A stretch of DNA of 53,550 bases, taken from the NCBI GenBank assembly GCA_013203315.1, contig JABMQJ010000009.1, positions 1-53,550 on the forward strand, given 5' to 3'. Source of the stretch: Candidatus Omnitrophota bacterium. Its GTDB lineage: Bacteria; Omnitrophota; Gorgyraeia; JABMRN01; RBG-13-46-9. A program made the translations under genes and the position numbers. Numbering within the stretch: position 1 is the first letter of the stretch; each line of letters starts with the position of its first letter. Positions 18,696-28,354 of the stretch are shown here, piece after piece. The notes beneath the pieces were generated by a model that saw only the letters and a list, made by a program, of their open reading frames with translations, searched no databases and had not been told where the DNA came from.

Positions 18696-19616
18696 ATGGT
18701 AAAATTTGATAAAAATAAATTAAAAGAAAAAATTGCTTCTAAAATTCCTAAGAAATTTAAACCCTTAGTGGATAAAATAAAGAAAAAACCGAAAATTGCC
18801 GCAAGAATCGCGGCGCTGGTAGTTATAATTTTTGTTTTGATATCCGGTTTTTCTTTATATGAAAAAATAGAAGCATCCAGAAATATAAAAGTCTCAGGCG
18901 TAATAGAAGGCGACGACGTGCGCGTTTCATTCAGGGTAGAAGGCCAGATAGAAAAACTTTTGGTGGACGAAGGCTCTTTGCTGAAAGAAGGCGAGATAAT
19001 TGCTATATTAAACAAGGATGAGCTGACCAAAGATAGAGACGAGGCCCGGGCCTCGCTTGTAAAAGCCGAATGGCAGTTTAAGCTGGACGAGCTTGATTAT
19101 GCGAGGGCTGAAAACTTGTTTGAACAGGGGGCCATTTCCGAGCAGGCGAGAGACGCGGCCAAGACAAAAGCCGATACAGATAAGGCTAGCGTAGATAAAT
19201 CGCGCTCCGTGTTGGGACTTGCGGAAATAAAACTCGGGTGGGCAGACCTCGCCTCTCCGCTTGACGGCTACGTTATCACGAAAAGCTCACTTCAGGGAGA
19301 AGTGGTGCAGGTAGGGGCGCCTGTTTTCACCGTGGTAGATTTAAATAACATCTGGGTTACCGGGTACATCAACGAATCCGATCTGGGAAAAGTAAAACTT
19401 GGCCAAAAAGCGTATATTAAAACAGATAGCTATCCGCACAAAAAATATGACGGCTGGATTTCATTCGTATCACAGCAATCCGAATTCACGCCAAAATATA
19501 TTCAAACCACCGAAGAAAGGGTAAAATACGTTTATCGGATTAAGGTGCGCGCTGACAATTCAAGTTTAGATCTAAAGCCCGGCATGCCCGCCGACGCTTA
19601 TATCGCGATAGAATAA
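18696..19616 (+). CDS. HlyD/YbhG-like membrane fusion protein
   Basis: N-terminal TM, GQIEKLLVDEG, SPLDG, SEFTPK..QT..ER and LKPGMPAD. Confidence 0.9.
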   Translation: MVKFDKNKLKEKIASKIPKKFKPLVDKIKKKPKIAARIAALVVIIFVLISGFSLYEKIEASRNIKVSGVIEGDDVRVSFRVEGQIEKLLVDEGSLLKEGEIIAILNKDELTKDRDEARASLVKAEWQFKLDELDYARAENLFEQGAISEQARDAAKTKADTDKASVDKSRSVLGLAEIKLGWADLASPLDGYVITKSSLQGEVVQVGAPVFTVVDLNNIWVTGYINESDLGKVKLGQKAYIKTDSYPHKKYDGWISFVSQQSEFTPKYIQTTEERVKYVYRIKVRADNSSLDLKPGMPADAYIAIE

Positions 19617-19617
19617 T

Positions 19618-20346
19618 ATGCCTACCATAAAAGCCGTAAATTTAACGAGAAAATTCGGCGATCTTACGGCAGTCAATAACCTCAATCTCGAAGTAGAAGA
19701 AGGTGAAATATTCGGACTTGTGGGCCCCGACGGCGCGGGGAAAAGTACAACCATGAGGTTGCTTACAAGTATTCTTGACCCCACAAGCGGCGAGGCCTGG
19801 GTCTACGGAAAGCACGTAGTAAAAGAAACAGAAACCCTGAAAGACAATATCGCCTATATGTCGCAGCGGTTCGGGCTATACGAAGACCTTACCGTGATCG
19901 AGAACATCAATTTCTACGCTGACATATTCTGTGTCCCGCCGGAGCAACGGCCGGGCAAAATTAAAGAGCTTCTCGGATTTAGCGGTTTGACGCCTTTTAA
20001 AGAACGTTTTGCGGGTAAGCTCTCAGGCGGCATGAAACAAAAGCTCGGCCTTGCCTGCGCGCTCATACATACGCCTAAAGTACTTTTTTTGGATGAGCCT
20101 ACAAACGGCGTAGATCCTGTCTCCAGGCGCGATTTCTGGCGCATACTCTATGACCTCCTCAAAGAAAAAGTAACGATCCTTTACTCCACCTCATACCTCG
20201 ATGAGGCGGAAAGGTGCAAGAAAGTAGGTTTCCTGCATAAAGGAAAACTTTTGAAATGCAACACCCCGGACGCCATAAAAGAAGAATATAAAACCAAGAC
20301 ACTCGAAGAGGCATTCATAATTGCCATAAAAGATCATGAAAAGTGA
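19618..20346 (+). CDS. ABC ATPase (YbhF N-terminal-domain-like)
   Basis: GPDGAGKST, LSGGMKQK, LDEPT. The H-loop reads STSYLDEAE. Confidence 0.93.
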   Translation: MPTIKAVNLTRKFGDLTAVNNLNLEVEEGEIFGLVGPDGAGKSTTMRLLTSILDPTSGEAWVYGKHVVKETETLKDNIAYMSQRFGLYEDLTVIENINFYADIFCVPPEQRPGKIKELLGFSGLTPFKERFAGKLSGGMKQKLGLACALIHTPKVLFLDEPTNGVDPVSRRDFWRILYDLLKEKVTILYSTSYLDEAERCKKVGFLHKGKLLKCNTPDAIKEEYKTKTLEEAFIIAIKDHEK

Positions 20347-21301
20347 TAACATTGCCGTAAGCGTTGATAAGCTCGAAAAGCGGTTCGGAGATTTTACTGC
20401 GGTAAACCGCGTAAGCTTCGAAGTCGGGAAAGGTGAGATATTCGGTTTTCTCGGGCCAAACGGCGCCGGTAAATCAACTACCATACGCATGCTTTGTGGG
20501 CTGATTGCTCCGACTTCGGGCACCGGCACGGTCGGTGGTTTTGATGTAATGCGTGAACAGGAAAACATAAAAGAGCACATAGGCTACATGTCGCAAAAGT
20601 TTTCCCTGTACGATGACCTTACCGTAAAAGAAAATATAGAGTTTTATGGAGGTGTGTATAAAATATCCAAAGACGAACTTAATGAACGAAAAAACAAGGT
20701 AATCGAAATCGCAGATATAAAGAATTTTACAAGAAGCCTAACAAGAACGCTTTCCGGAGGGGTGAAGCAGCGCCTGGCATTGGGCTGCGCAATACTGCAT
20801 AAACCGAGAATAATATTTCTTGATGAACCTACTTCCGGGGTTGACCCCATCACAAGAAACAATTTTTGGGATATCATAAAAGCAATGGCGAAAGAAGGCG
20901 TAACTGTTTTTGTCACGACGCACTACATGGACGAAGCGGAGAACTGTAACCGCCTGGGAATGATCTACAAGGGAAACCTTATCGCCATGGGAACGCCCGA
21001 GGAGATGAAAACAAAATTCATGAAGCAAAACATATTGGATATTTCCGTGCCTGATCCCGAAAGTTGGATAGACCGGATTAACGCTTTGCCCGAGATAGAA
21101 GAGACGGCCATTTTCGGTGTAAGAATACACACTGTCTGTGAGGACGAGAGAAGCGCCATACGGGCCGTAGAAAATCTTTTAAAACAAAAGGGAGCCAGGG
21201 GATATTCTGTCCGTAAGATCAAGCCGTCGCTTGAAGACGTTTTTGTTTCACTCATAGAAAGTTACGACAAGGAACATAAAGATGAATCTAAGAAGAGTTA
21301 G
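20336..21301 (+). CDS. ABC ATPase (YbhF C-terminal-domain-like)
   Basis: GPNGAGKST, LSGG, LDEPT, TTHYMDEAE and SLEDVF. Confidence 0.93.
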   Translation: MKSDNIAVSVDKLEKRFGDFTAVNRVSFEVGKGEIFGFLGPNGAGKSTTIRMLCGLIAPTSGTGTVGGFDVMREQENIKEHIGYMSQKFSLYDDLTVKENIEFYGGVYKISKDELNERKNKVIEIADIKNFTRSLTRTLSGGVKQRLALGCAILHKPRIIFLDEPTSGVDPITRNNFWDIIKAMAKEGVTVFVTTHYMDEAENCNRLGMIYKGNLIAMGTPEEMKTKFMKQNILDISVPDPESWIDRINALPEIEETAIFGVRIHTVCEDERSAIRAVENLLKQKGARGYSVRKIKPSLEDVFVSLIESYDKEHKDESKKS

Positions 21302-22412
21302 GGCTATTTATAGAAAGGAATTTCTGCAGATACGGCGCGATCCACGCAGCTTAAGTCTGGGGCTCGGGATACCTATCATACTTATAGTACTTTTTGGCTA
21401 CGCGCTATCCCTGGATATAGAACATGTTCCTATGGCGATATGGGACCAGGATAACACGAAGGCTTCGGTGGATTTTATACTTAATTTTAAAAATTCAAAG
21501 TACTTCAAAATAGTCGGTTATCACGATAGTTATAAACCCCTCCAGCGGCACATAGATTACGGGACCGCGCTCATGGCGCTTGTTATTCCTAAAGATTTCT
21601 CAAGGGATCTTTATTCGGGCCGCGAGGTTCCCGTTCAGCTTATACTGGATGGCTCCGACTCAAATACCGCTACGATAGCCCTTGGATACGTTAACAGCGT
21701 TGTTTATGCTTATAACACAAATATCGTACTGCAATCGTTTAATAAAGGTGTGCCCATAAATCCTGAAGCTATAGATTTTAGGCCGCGCGTGTGGTTCAAC
21801 CAGGATTTTGAAAGCAAGAATTTTATTGTCCCGGGGCTAATCGCCATAATAATAATGGTAATAGCCGCCCTTCTTACCTCGCTTACGGTAGCCAGGGAAT
21901 GGGAGCGCGGTACCATGGAGCAGCTTATCTCAACGCCTGTCAGGCCCCTAGAACTTGTATTGGGTAAATTCACTCCATATTTTATTATAGGCATGATCGA
22001 TCTTGTCATAGCGGTTTTAATGGGGCGATTTGTTTTCTTTGTGCCTTTCCGGGGCAACATAGTATTACTTTTTGCGCTTAGCGCGGTATTTTTGACCGGC
22101 GCCCTTAGCCTGGGTATTTTTATCTCTATTGCCACAAAAAACCAACTTCTCGCAAGTCAAATAGCGATACTTACATCGTTTTTACCGACATTTTTATTAT
22201 CCGGTTTTACCTATGAAATCTTTAACATGCCAAAAGTCGTGCAGGCTATTACCTACCTTGTGCCCGCGCGATATTTTATTGTATGTCTTCGCGGAATATA
22301 CCTAAAAGGCGTGGGCCTTAGAGCCCTCTGGCCGAACGCCGTGTGTTTGATTGTATTTGCGGTCATAACAGTGACGCTTGCGACGAAAAAATTTAAGAAA
22401 AAGATACTATGA
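21282..22412 (+). CDS. ABC-2 permease (YbhS-like)
   Basis: KEFLQIRRD, DGSDSNTA and AREWERGTMEQL. Confidence 0.92.
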   Translation: MNLRRVRAIYRKEFLQIRRDPRSLSLGLGIPIILIVLFGYALSLDIEHVPMAIWDQDNTKASVDFILNFKNSKYFKIVGYHDSYKPLQRHIDYGTALMALVIPKDFSRDLYSGREVPVQLILDGSDSNTATIALGYVNSVVYAYNTNIVLQSFNKGVPINPEAIDFRPRVWFNQDFESKNFIVPGLIAIIIMVIAALLTSLTVAREWERGTMEQLISTPVRPLELVLGKFTPYFIIGMIDLVIAVLMGRFVFFVPFRGNIVLLFALSAVFLTGALSLGIFISIATKNQLLASQIAILTSFLPTFLLSGFTYEIFNMPKVVQAITYLVPARYFIVCLRGIYLKGVGLRALWPNAVCLIVFAVITVTLATKKFKKKIL

Positions 22413-22427
22413 TAACAGGGTAAAATC

Positions 22428-23558
22428 ATGTTTCAACGCGTAGCTTCATTATTACGAAAAGAATTCCTGCAGATTTTCCGTGACCCACGGATGAGAACCG
22501 TAATTTTTATCTCACCCATGATACAACTATTGATTTTTGGTTACGCCGCCACAATGGACATAACGCATATTCCCATTGCCGTATACGACCTTGATAATAC
22601 ATATATGAGCCGCGAGGTTGTAAGAGACTTTTCTTATTCAAAATATTTCAACATCAAGCGTTACATTAATAGCGACGCTGAGATGAACCGGCTTATAAAT
22701 AGATCCGATGTTCTCGGCGTTCTTAAGTTTAATCGCGGATTTGGCCGCGACATCACCGGTGACAGGAGTGCTCCGCTCCAACTTATTCTTGACGGGACCG
22801 ACTCAAACGCCGCCTCTATAATCTTAAGTTATGCCGGACAGATAGTGAACAGGTTCAATTATCGCATGTTACAGGAGAGGATAGATGTTTACGCTGAAAC
22901 AAAATACGTTTTTCCGCAGATCGATTTGCGTGACAGGAGATGGTTTAATGAAAATCTGAAATCCCGAAATTATTACCTACCGGGCGTCATGTGCCTTATC
23001 GTAAGCGTCATGTCTTTTTTATTATCTTCGATGGCGATCGTGCGCGAAAAGGAAATAGGCACCATGGAGCAGCTCATGGTAAGCCCGATAAAGCCCATTG
23101 AGCTCATAGCGGGAAAAATCATCCCCTTCATTGCGATTGCTTTTGTGCAAATATGCCTCATAACCTCAATTTCATATTTTTGGTTTAAAGTTCCGATACG
23201 CGGTAACATACTTTTTCTGTTTTTCTCAACGCTGATTTATCTTTTAACCACGCTCGGCGCCGGGCTTTTTATTTCGACACTTTCCTCGACTCAGCAGGAG
23301 GCCATGATGTCGGTGTTTTTGGTATATTTTCCGATGACGCTTCTTTCGGGATTTGCCTACCCAATTGCAAACATGCCAAAAATCATCCAGTATATTACGT
23401 ACTTAAATCCGATGCGGTATTACCTGGTTATAATCCGCGGCATTTTCTTAAAAGGGGTCGGAATTCGCGTATTGTGGGAGGAGTTACTGGCGCTTGCCGT
23501 AATAGGGATTTTTGTTATAACGTTGAGTTCGCTCAGGTTCCAGAAGCGGCTGGGATAG
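22428..23558 (+). CDS. ABC-2 permease (YbhR-like)
   Basis: KEFLQIFRD, DGTDSN, VREKEIGTMEQL and TQQEA. Confidence 0.92.
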   Translation: MFQRVASLLRKEFLQIFRDPRMRTVIFISPMIQLLIFGYAATMDITHIPIAVYDLDNTYMSREVVRDFSYSKYFNIKRYINSDAEMNRLINRSDVLGVLKFNRGFGRDITGDRSAPLQLILDGTDSNAASIILSYAGQIVNRFNYRMLQERIDVYAETKYVFPQIDLRDRRWFNENLKSRNYYLPGVMCLIVSVMSFLLSSMAIVREKEIGTMEQLMVSPIKPIELIAGKIIPFIAIAFVQICLITSISYFWFKVPIRGNILFLFFSTLIYLLTTLGAGLFISTLSSTQQEAMMSVFLVYFPMTLLSGFAYPIANMPKIIQYITYLNPMRYYLVIIRGIFLKGVGIRVLWEELLALAVIGIFVITLSSLRFQKRLG

Positions 23559-23564
23559 CAACTT

Positions 23565-23605
23565 CTCAATTTTACCTTGAGGCTCTTTATTTTTAGGAGT
23601 ATAAT
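23565..23605 (+). promoter_or_regulatory. sigma70-type promoter resembling the 17301 promoter
   Basis: CTCAAT-N5-CTTGAG. TTGAGG(23577)-N17-TATAAT(23600), 7 nt before ATG 23613. Confidence 0.6.
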
Positions 23606-23612
23606 AACCGGC

Positions 23613-24074
23613 ATGAAACAGGCGCGGCTTGTAATGGTATGGTTTCTTCCTATTATTGTAATAGGTGGGCTATTTTTTCCCGTGTTGGGCTATCTTGTTT
23701 TTGCAATGATGGCATTTTTCATAACCCTGTCTTTTTTCAGGGGACGGTACTGGTGCTGGAATTTATGCCCGCGGGGAACATTTTTGGATATAGTCATGCC
23801 GAAGGTTAGCCCCAACAGGCCCTCGCCAAAGCTGTTTACTAAGAAATGGTTTCGCTGGCTCGTGTTTACGATATTTATAAGTTTTTTTATATTTCGCATA
23901 ACACAGACAGGGGGTAGCCTTCTTGCGATAGGCGTTGTTTTCGTTTCGATGTGCATAGTTACAACTATTATATCGATTATTTTAGCGCTTACAATGAAGC
24001 CAAGAAGTTGGTGCTCGATGTGCCCGATGGGCACGCTTCAAGAACACATGGGCAAGATAGGCAAGAAAAAATAA
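23613..24074 (+). CDS. Small membrane protein with two CxxxCP motifs (NapH/FixG-type 4Fe-4S-binding family)
   Basis: GRYWCWNLCPRG and RSWCSMCPMGTLQ, with about 4 TM helices. Confidence 0.8.
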   Translation: MKQARLVMVWFLPIIVIGGLFFPVLGYLVFAMMAFFITLSFFRGRYWCWNLCPRGTFLDIVMPKVSPNRPSPKLFTKKWFRWLVFTIFISFFIFRITQTGGSLLAIGVVFVSMCIVTTIISIILALTMKPRSWCSMCPMGTLQEHMGKIGKKK

Positions 24075-24095
24075 AAAGAGGAAATGTAATTATTT

Positions 24096-24593
24096 ATGGA
24101 AATGTTAGCCCTGGCAATCTTGATACTGTTTAGCTTAATTGGTTTCGCCGCTATCTTTTTCACAACATTCGGCACATTAATCATTCTTATCGGTTCAATC
24201 TTTTACGCCCTTCTAACCGGATTTACGATCATAAGCATGAAGGCGCTTCTTGTAATACTTACCTTGTACCTATGCGGTGAAGTATTGGAGTATCTCTTCG
24301 TTATCCTCGGCGCAAAGAAATTGGGAGCCTCTAACACCGCGGTGGTCGGGGCCATTATTGGAGGAATAGCGGGTGCAATATTGGGCGTTGCATTTTTCGG
24401 TGTAGGAATTATCTTGGGAACTTTTCTCGGGATTTTTTTAGGGGCATTTCTCGTAGAGCTTGTTATTCACAAAGATCTCGTAAAGTCCCTGAAGGCGGGA
24501 GCCGGGGGTGTATTGGGTAGAGTAGGATCGATAGTCGCGAAAGTAATAATCGCGATAATAATGTTTGCTATAATGATATCTGCTATGATGTAG
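24096..24593 (+). CDS. DUF456-family membrane protein
   Basis: GAKKLGAS..GAIIGGIAG..GIILGTFLG..ELV pattern. Confidence 0.8.
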   Translation: MEMLALAILILFSLIGFAAIFFTTFGTLIILIGSIFYALLTGFTIISMKALLVILTLYLCGEVLEYLFVILGAKKLGASNTAVVGAIIGGIAGAILGVAFFGVGIILGTFLGIFLGAFLVELVIHKDLVKSLKAGAGGVLGRVGSIVAKVIIAIIMFAIMISAMM

Positions 24594-24641
24594 GAGTAGC
24601 TTATGAAAAAAATAAAATTATATAACAAAAGGAGGGCAGTC

Positions 24642-25013
24642 ATGAAGAGAATAATCGCGATGGCCGTTATCTTATCATTGGTATTGATTTCTACGCCTGT
24701 ATTTGCCGCAAAGGGCCAGAGGGGTGCCAGCTCGAAGGCCATGGAAAAGGCAAGTGATGAAGCTGTTTTTCATCGAGTAGGAGATTGGTTCGCTACAGTT
24801 GGTAAGCCAGACACAGAAAAAAAGGCAATATTGACCGAGCGCAAGGCAAAAAGGGCCGCAGAAAAGAAACAAAAAGCTATCGAGAAAAATAAAAAAGAAG
24901 CAGAAAAAACAGCCGAAAAAAAGAAAAGAGAGCTTGAAAAAAAAGCGCAAATAAAACAGAAAGAGATACGCAGAAAGACAGATGAAATGAAGAAAAACAT
25001 GAGGAAAAAATAA
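24642..25013 (+). CDS. Hypothetical exported Lys/Glu-rich coiled-coil protein
   Basis: SD GGAGG, signal peptide VFA, highly charged tail. Confidence 0.7.
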   Translation: MKRIIAMAVILSLVLISTPVFAAKGQRGASSKAMEKASDEAVFHRVGDWFATVGKPDTEKKAILTERKAKRAAEKKQKAIEKNKKEAEKTAEKKKRELEKKAQIKQKEIRRKTDEMKKNMRKK

Positions 25014-25056
25014 AAGGCTAAAAAATCGGAAGCAAGGAAGAATAGAAAGGAAACGG

Positions 25057-25818
25057 ATGAAAAAAGAGTCAACCAGAGAGGCGTTAAAACCCGTTTATAT
25101 AGAAGCATTCGATTTAGATGACGCATGGTTTAAGTGCCTTGCGGAAATTTTAGAGCACGGGCATGTTTATAAAATTGACCGCGGAAGCTACGCAGGCCAA
25201 CACCGCCTGGAATTTGATTTTATTACGGTCCGTGTCAAAAATCCGGCGCACCAGATAATTCCCATCATGCCCGAAGGCTCAAGCATTCCCGCGCCCACCA
25301 GCCTCGATTACGTGCAGCAATACCTCCAATACCTTATGACCAGCTGTAAAACCGAAACTGAAGATTATACCTATGGCGAGCGCCTGGTTGACCCGAAGGT
25401 AAAATTTGAGACAGAAACCGACGGTAAAAAGATGATTAAAGAAATGCCGCTTCAGTGTAATCAAATAGAAGAAGTGATAAAAATGTATAAAACCCATGGT
25501 TTCGGGACAAACCAGGCAACCATGGAAATAGGTATGCCCTCAGATCTAAAACTACATGATCCACCGTGCCTGCGTCTTATAGATACGCGCGTGCGCTACG
25601 GAAAATTACATTTTTTCCTGTATTTCCGTTCCTGGGATCTATGGGGCGGGTTTCCCTCAAACCTCGGAGGCCTCGAGCTTGTAAAGCAATACATGGCTGA
25701 CGAAATCGGTGTGGGGAACGGGGAAGTCATAGCCTGCTCAAAAGGGCTCCACCTTTACGAATACGCCTGGGAGCTTGCCAAGCAAAGAACCCACAAGAAT
25801 GATCTAGAAATAAAGTGA
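25057..25818 (+). CDS. thyA: Thymidylate synthase, archaeal-type ThyA-like
   Basis: YTYGERL, catalytic PPCL, FRSWD..GFPSN and GLHLY. Confidence 0.8.
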   Translation: MKKESTREALKPVYIEAFDLDDAWFKCLAEILEHGHVYKIDRGSYAGQHRLEFDFITVRVKNPAHQIIPIMPEGSSIPAPTSLDYVQQYLQYLMTSCKTETEDYTYGERLVDPKVKFETETDGKKMIKEMPLQCNQIEEVIKMYKTHGFGTNQATMEIGMPSDLKLHDPPCLRLIDTRVRYGKLHFFLYFRSWDLWGGFPSNLGGLELVKQYMADEIGVGNGEVIACSKGLHLYEYAWELAKQRTHKNDLEIK

Positions 25819-26873
25819 AAACTGCCCACAAAAGACGTTTCCTTCGAATCTTCATAGATCTTAACAATAAGTGCAATCTTAAATGCAGGATGTGTTACTT
25901 TCAACTGGATTTAAAGAAAGAACCGCCTGTAATTATGGGCCTCGGGCTTTTTGGAAAGATTGCAAGCCAAATTTTCCCTAAGGCATTATCCGTTAATTTG
26001 TCATGTGCCGCCGAACCTTTCCTCGTGCCGAACTACCCCGATTATCTTAAAAGAACAAAAAAATATGCTGTTCCCGAAACAACTATTGTCACAAACGCAA
26101 CACTTCTTAACGAAAAAATAATCGCATCTTTAATGAATGCGAACATTACGCGATTAAATGTCTCAATAGACGGCGCCACAAAAAAGACGTATGAAGAAAT
26201 AAGGAAAGGAAGTAATTTTGAAAAAGTTTTACGGAACGTTACCTTGTTGCAGGAAATGAAAAAGAAAGCAGGAAGCAAGACGCCCTATCTTTGCTTTGAT
26301 TATGCGTTAATGCGTTCCACGATCAATGAATTTCCGCAATTTCTGTGCCTCGCAAAAGCTTTAGAAGCAGATTCAATCAGGGCCAGTCATTTAATTCCTT
26401 TTAAAAGCCTGGATATCATGGACGAATCTCTTGTGAATTGCCCGGATAAGGCCAATAAAATCCTGGATGAGGCAAGAAATGTTGCAAAGAAACTGAAACT
26501 CAAAATCGAAGTCCCGCCAAATTTCAATCTCAAGGATTTTAATGATAAAGGGAGAAAAAAACGTGAATCTTCGTTCAACAAACCGGATTGCCGAGTGCCC
26601 TTTGAATCCATGTATATAGCTTCTGACGGAAGAGTAATACCGTGTGTATGGTTTTCTATCAAAGATTGGTGCGCCGGAAACTTTCGAAATGAAAGTTTTG
26701 AGAAAATATGGGAGGGTAGCGTTTACAAAAAATTAAGAAAGGGCTTCAACCATTCGGTATATACGAAATATTGCAAAAACTGCCCGGTTTACGGAAGCGA
26801 CAATATAGAAAACTATGTCTTCAAAGAGAGAATCCGCGAAGACATTGTAAACATCGCCTCATTTTGCTTGTAA
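25815..26873 (+). CDS. Radical SAM protein with SPASM/twitch domain
   Basis: CNLKCRMC, VSIDG, C..PF..DGRVIPC..GN..IW..CKNC. Confidence 0.88.
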   Translation: MKTAHKRRFLRIFIDLNNKCNLKCRMCYFQLDLKKEPPVIMGLGLFGKIASQIFPKALSVNLSCAAEPFLVPNYPDYLKRTKKYAVPETTIVTNATLLNEKIIASLMNANITRLNVSIDGATKKTYEEIRKGSNFEKVLRNVTLLQEMKKKAGSKTPYLCFDYALMRSTINEFPQFLCLAKALEADSIRASHLIPFKSLDIMDESLVNCPDKANKILDEARNVAKKLKLKIEVPPNFNLKDFNDKGRKKRESSFNKPDCRVPFESMYIASDGRVIPCVWFSIKDWCAGNFRNESFEKIWEGSVYKKLRKGFNHSVYTKYCKNCPVYGSDNIENYVFKERIREDIVNIASFCL

Positions 26874-26904
26874 TATAGCCTAATATAGTGTATTATCTTA
26901 AGCT

Positions 26905-28347
26905 ATGCAATATAAACATGCCTTATTTCTATACCCCTATATTGAAAGCAGCGCAACTGCTACAATGGGGATTTTCCCGCCTACGGGCATCGAATATGTC
27001 GCCACAAGCGCCAAGGGGCTGGTCGATAAACTAACTCTTCTCGATCTTCGGCACGAGACAGATCTCTGCGATATCAATAAACTCATAGAATTTATGCAGA
27101 GGGAAGCAGTCGATATTCTCTGCGTAAGCCTTACATGGAACCGTCAATATGAAGAAATCCGCGACCTCCTAAACCTTATGCCGGATGACATACCTCTTGT
27201 GGTCGGCGGATATAAAGCGACAGAACGGGTGGAAGAGCTTTTCGAGTATTGCCCGAAGATAGACATGATTGTTCGCGGAGAAGGGGAAGATATGATAAAA
27301 GAGATACTAAAAGGTGAGCCGCTTGAAAATATTAAAGGCTTGTCCTACAGAAAAGACGGAAAAGTAACTCATAACCCAAACAGGCCTCTTCCGGATGTAA
27401 ATAGTATAGCCTACCCGGATCGCAGCCTCCGGCGCGGCGAATGCCGCTTGTCCCTACACGGGGTCAACGTGACAAACGTAACTTATGATACGGTTTTGAG
27501 CTCAAGGGGCTGTCCTTTTAACTGTAAATTCTGCACATTTAGCTTAAATCCGCTCGGCCAGAAGAGAAACTATGCTGCGCGTACCGTCGACTCTGTTATA
27601 AGAGAAATAGAAGAAATAAAAGCAGAGATAATACTTTTTAGTGACGACAACTTTTTTACAGACATAAGAAGGGCCGAGAAAATATGCGACCTCATTATCG
27701 AACGCGGGATAAAAAAACGCTTTATTGCCCAGGCGCGCATTGATATTGCCAAATACCCCAAGCTTTTGGACAAAATAGCAAAAGCGGGGTTTAAGGTTCT
27801 GCTTCTCGGCATAGAATCCCCGCACAATTGGGTGTTGGAACAGTTCAACAAGGGTTTTGATCAGGCCACCATACGTAAGTGTTTTGAAACATTCAAAAAA
27901 TTCCCCATTTATTACCACGGTTACTTTATTTACGGTAACATAGGTGAGACCGAGGAGGAGATGCTCTATATCGCGCAGTTTGCGAAGGAAATAGGGGTCG
28001 ATTCCATTACCTTTCATAAACTTAGAATGGAAAGATTCTCACCCCTTAAGGAAATTGCCGACAGGACCCCCGGTTATCACGTTACTTCCCGTGGCGAGGT
28101 CTATTCCGATAAATTTAGCCACCCCGCATTGAAAAAGATAGGCAGGAAAATAAAATTCTCTTTCTATACGCCGATTACGTTGCTAAAGATGTTAAGAAAA
28201 CTCACCATCGTAAGGTTTTTCACATTCAAGGAATTGGTAACGGTCGTGGTCGTATTTCCGTTGCTTTTCAAGAAAATCATACAAAGAGAAATACATAAAA
28301 ATCGCCTCGGAGATTCCCTAAAACGCATATTTGTAAATAACAAGTAG
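26905..28347 (+). CDS. B12-binding radical SAM protein (class B methyltransferase-like)
   Basis: FPPTG, VRGEGE, SSRGCPFNCKFC, DDNF and GIES. Confidence 0.88.
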   Translation: MQYKHALFLYPYIESSATATMGIFPPTGIEYVATSAKGLVDKLTLLDLRHETDLCDINKLIEFMQREAVDILCVSLTWNRQYEEIRDLLNLMPDDIPLVVGGYKATERVEELFEYCPKIDMIVRGEGEDMIKEILKGEPLENIKGLSYRKDGKVTHNPNRPLPDVNSIAYPDRSLRRGECRLSLHGVNVTNVTYDTVLSSRGCPFNCKFCTFSLNPLGQKRNYAARTVDSVIREIEEIKAEIILFSDDNFFTDIRRAEKICDLIIERGIKKRFIAQARIDIAKYPKLLDKIAKAGFKVLLLGIESPHNWVLEQFNKGFDQATIRKCFETFKKFPIYYHGYFIYGNIGETEEEMLYIAQFAKEIGVDSITFHKLRMERFSPLKEIADRTPGYHVTSRGEVYSDKFSHPALKKIGRKIKFSFYTPITLLKMLRKLTIVRFFTFKELVTVVVVFPLLFKKIIQREIHKNRLGDSLKRIFVNNK

Positions 28348-28354
28348 CAGGGGA

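Noticed and set aside
24800-25050. Extremely A-rich stretch
   Set aside because: Explained by Lys/Glu codons of the coiled-coil protein.
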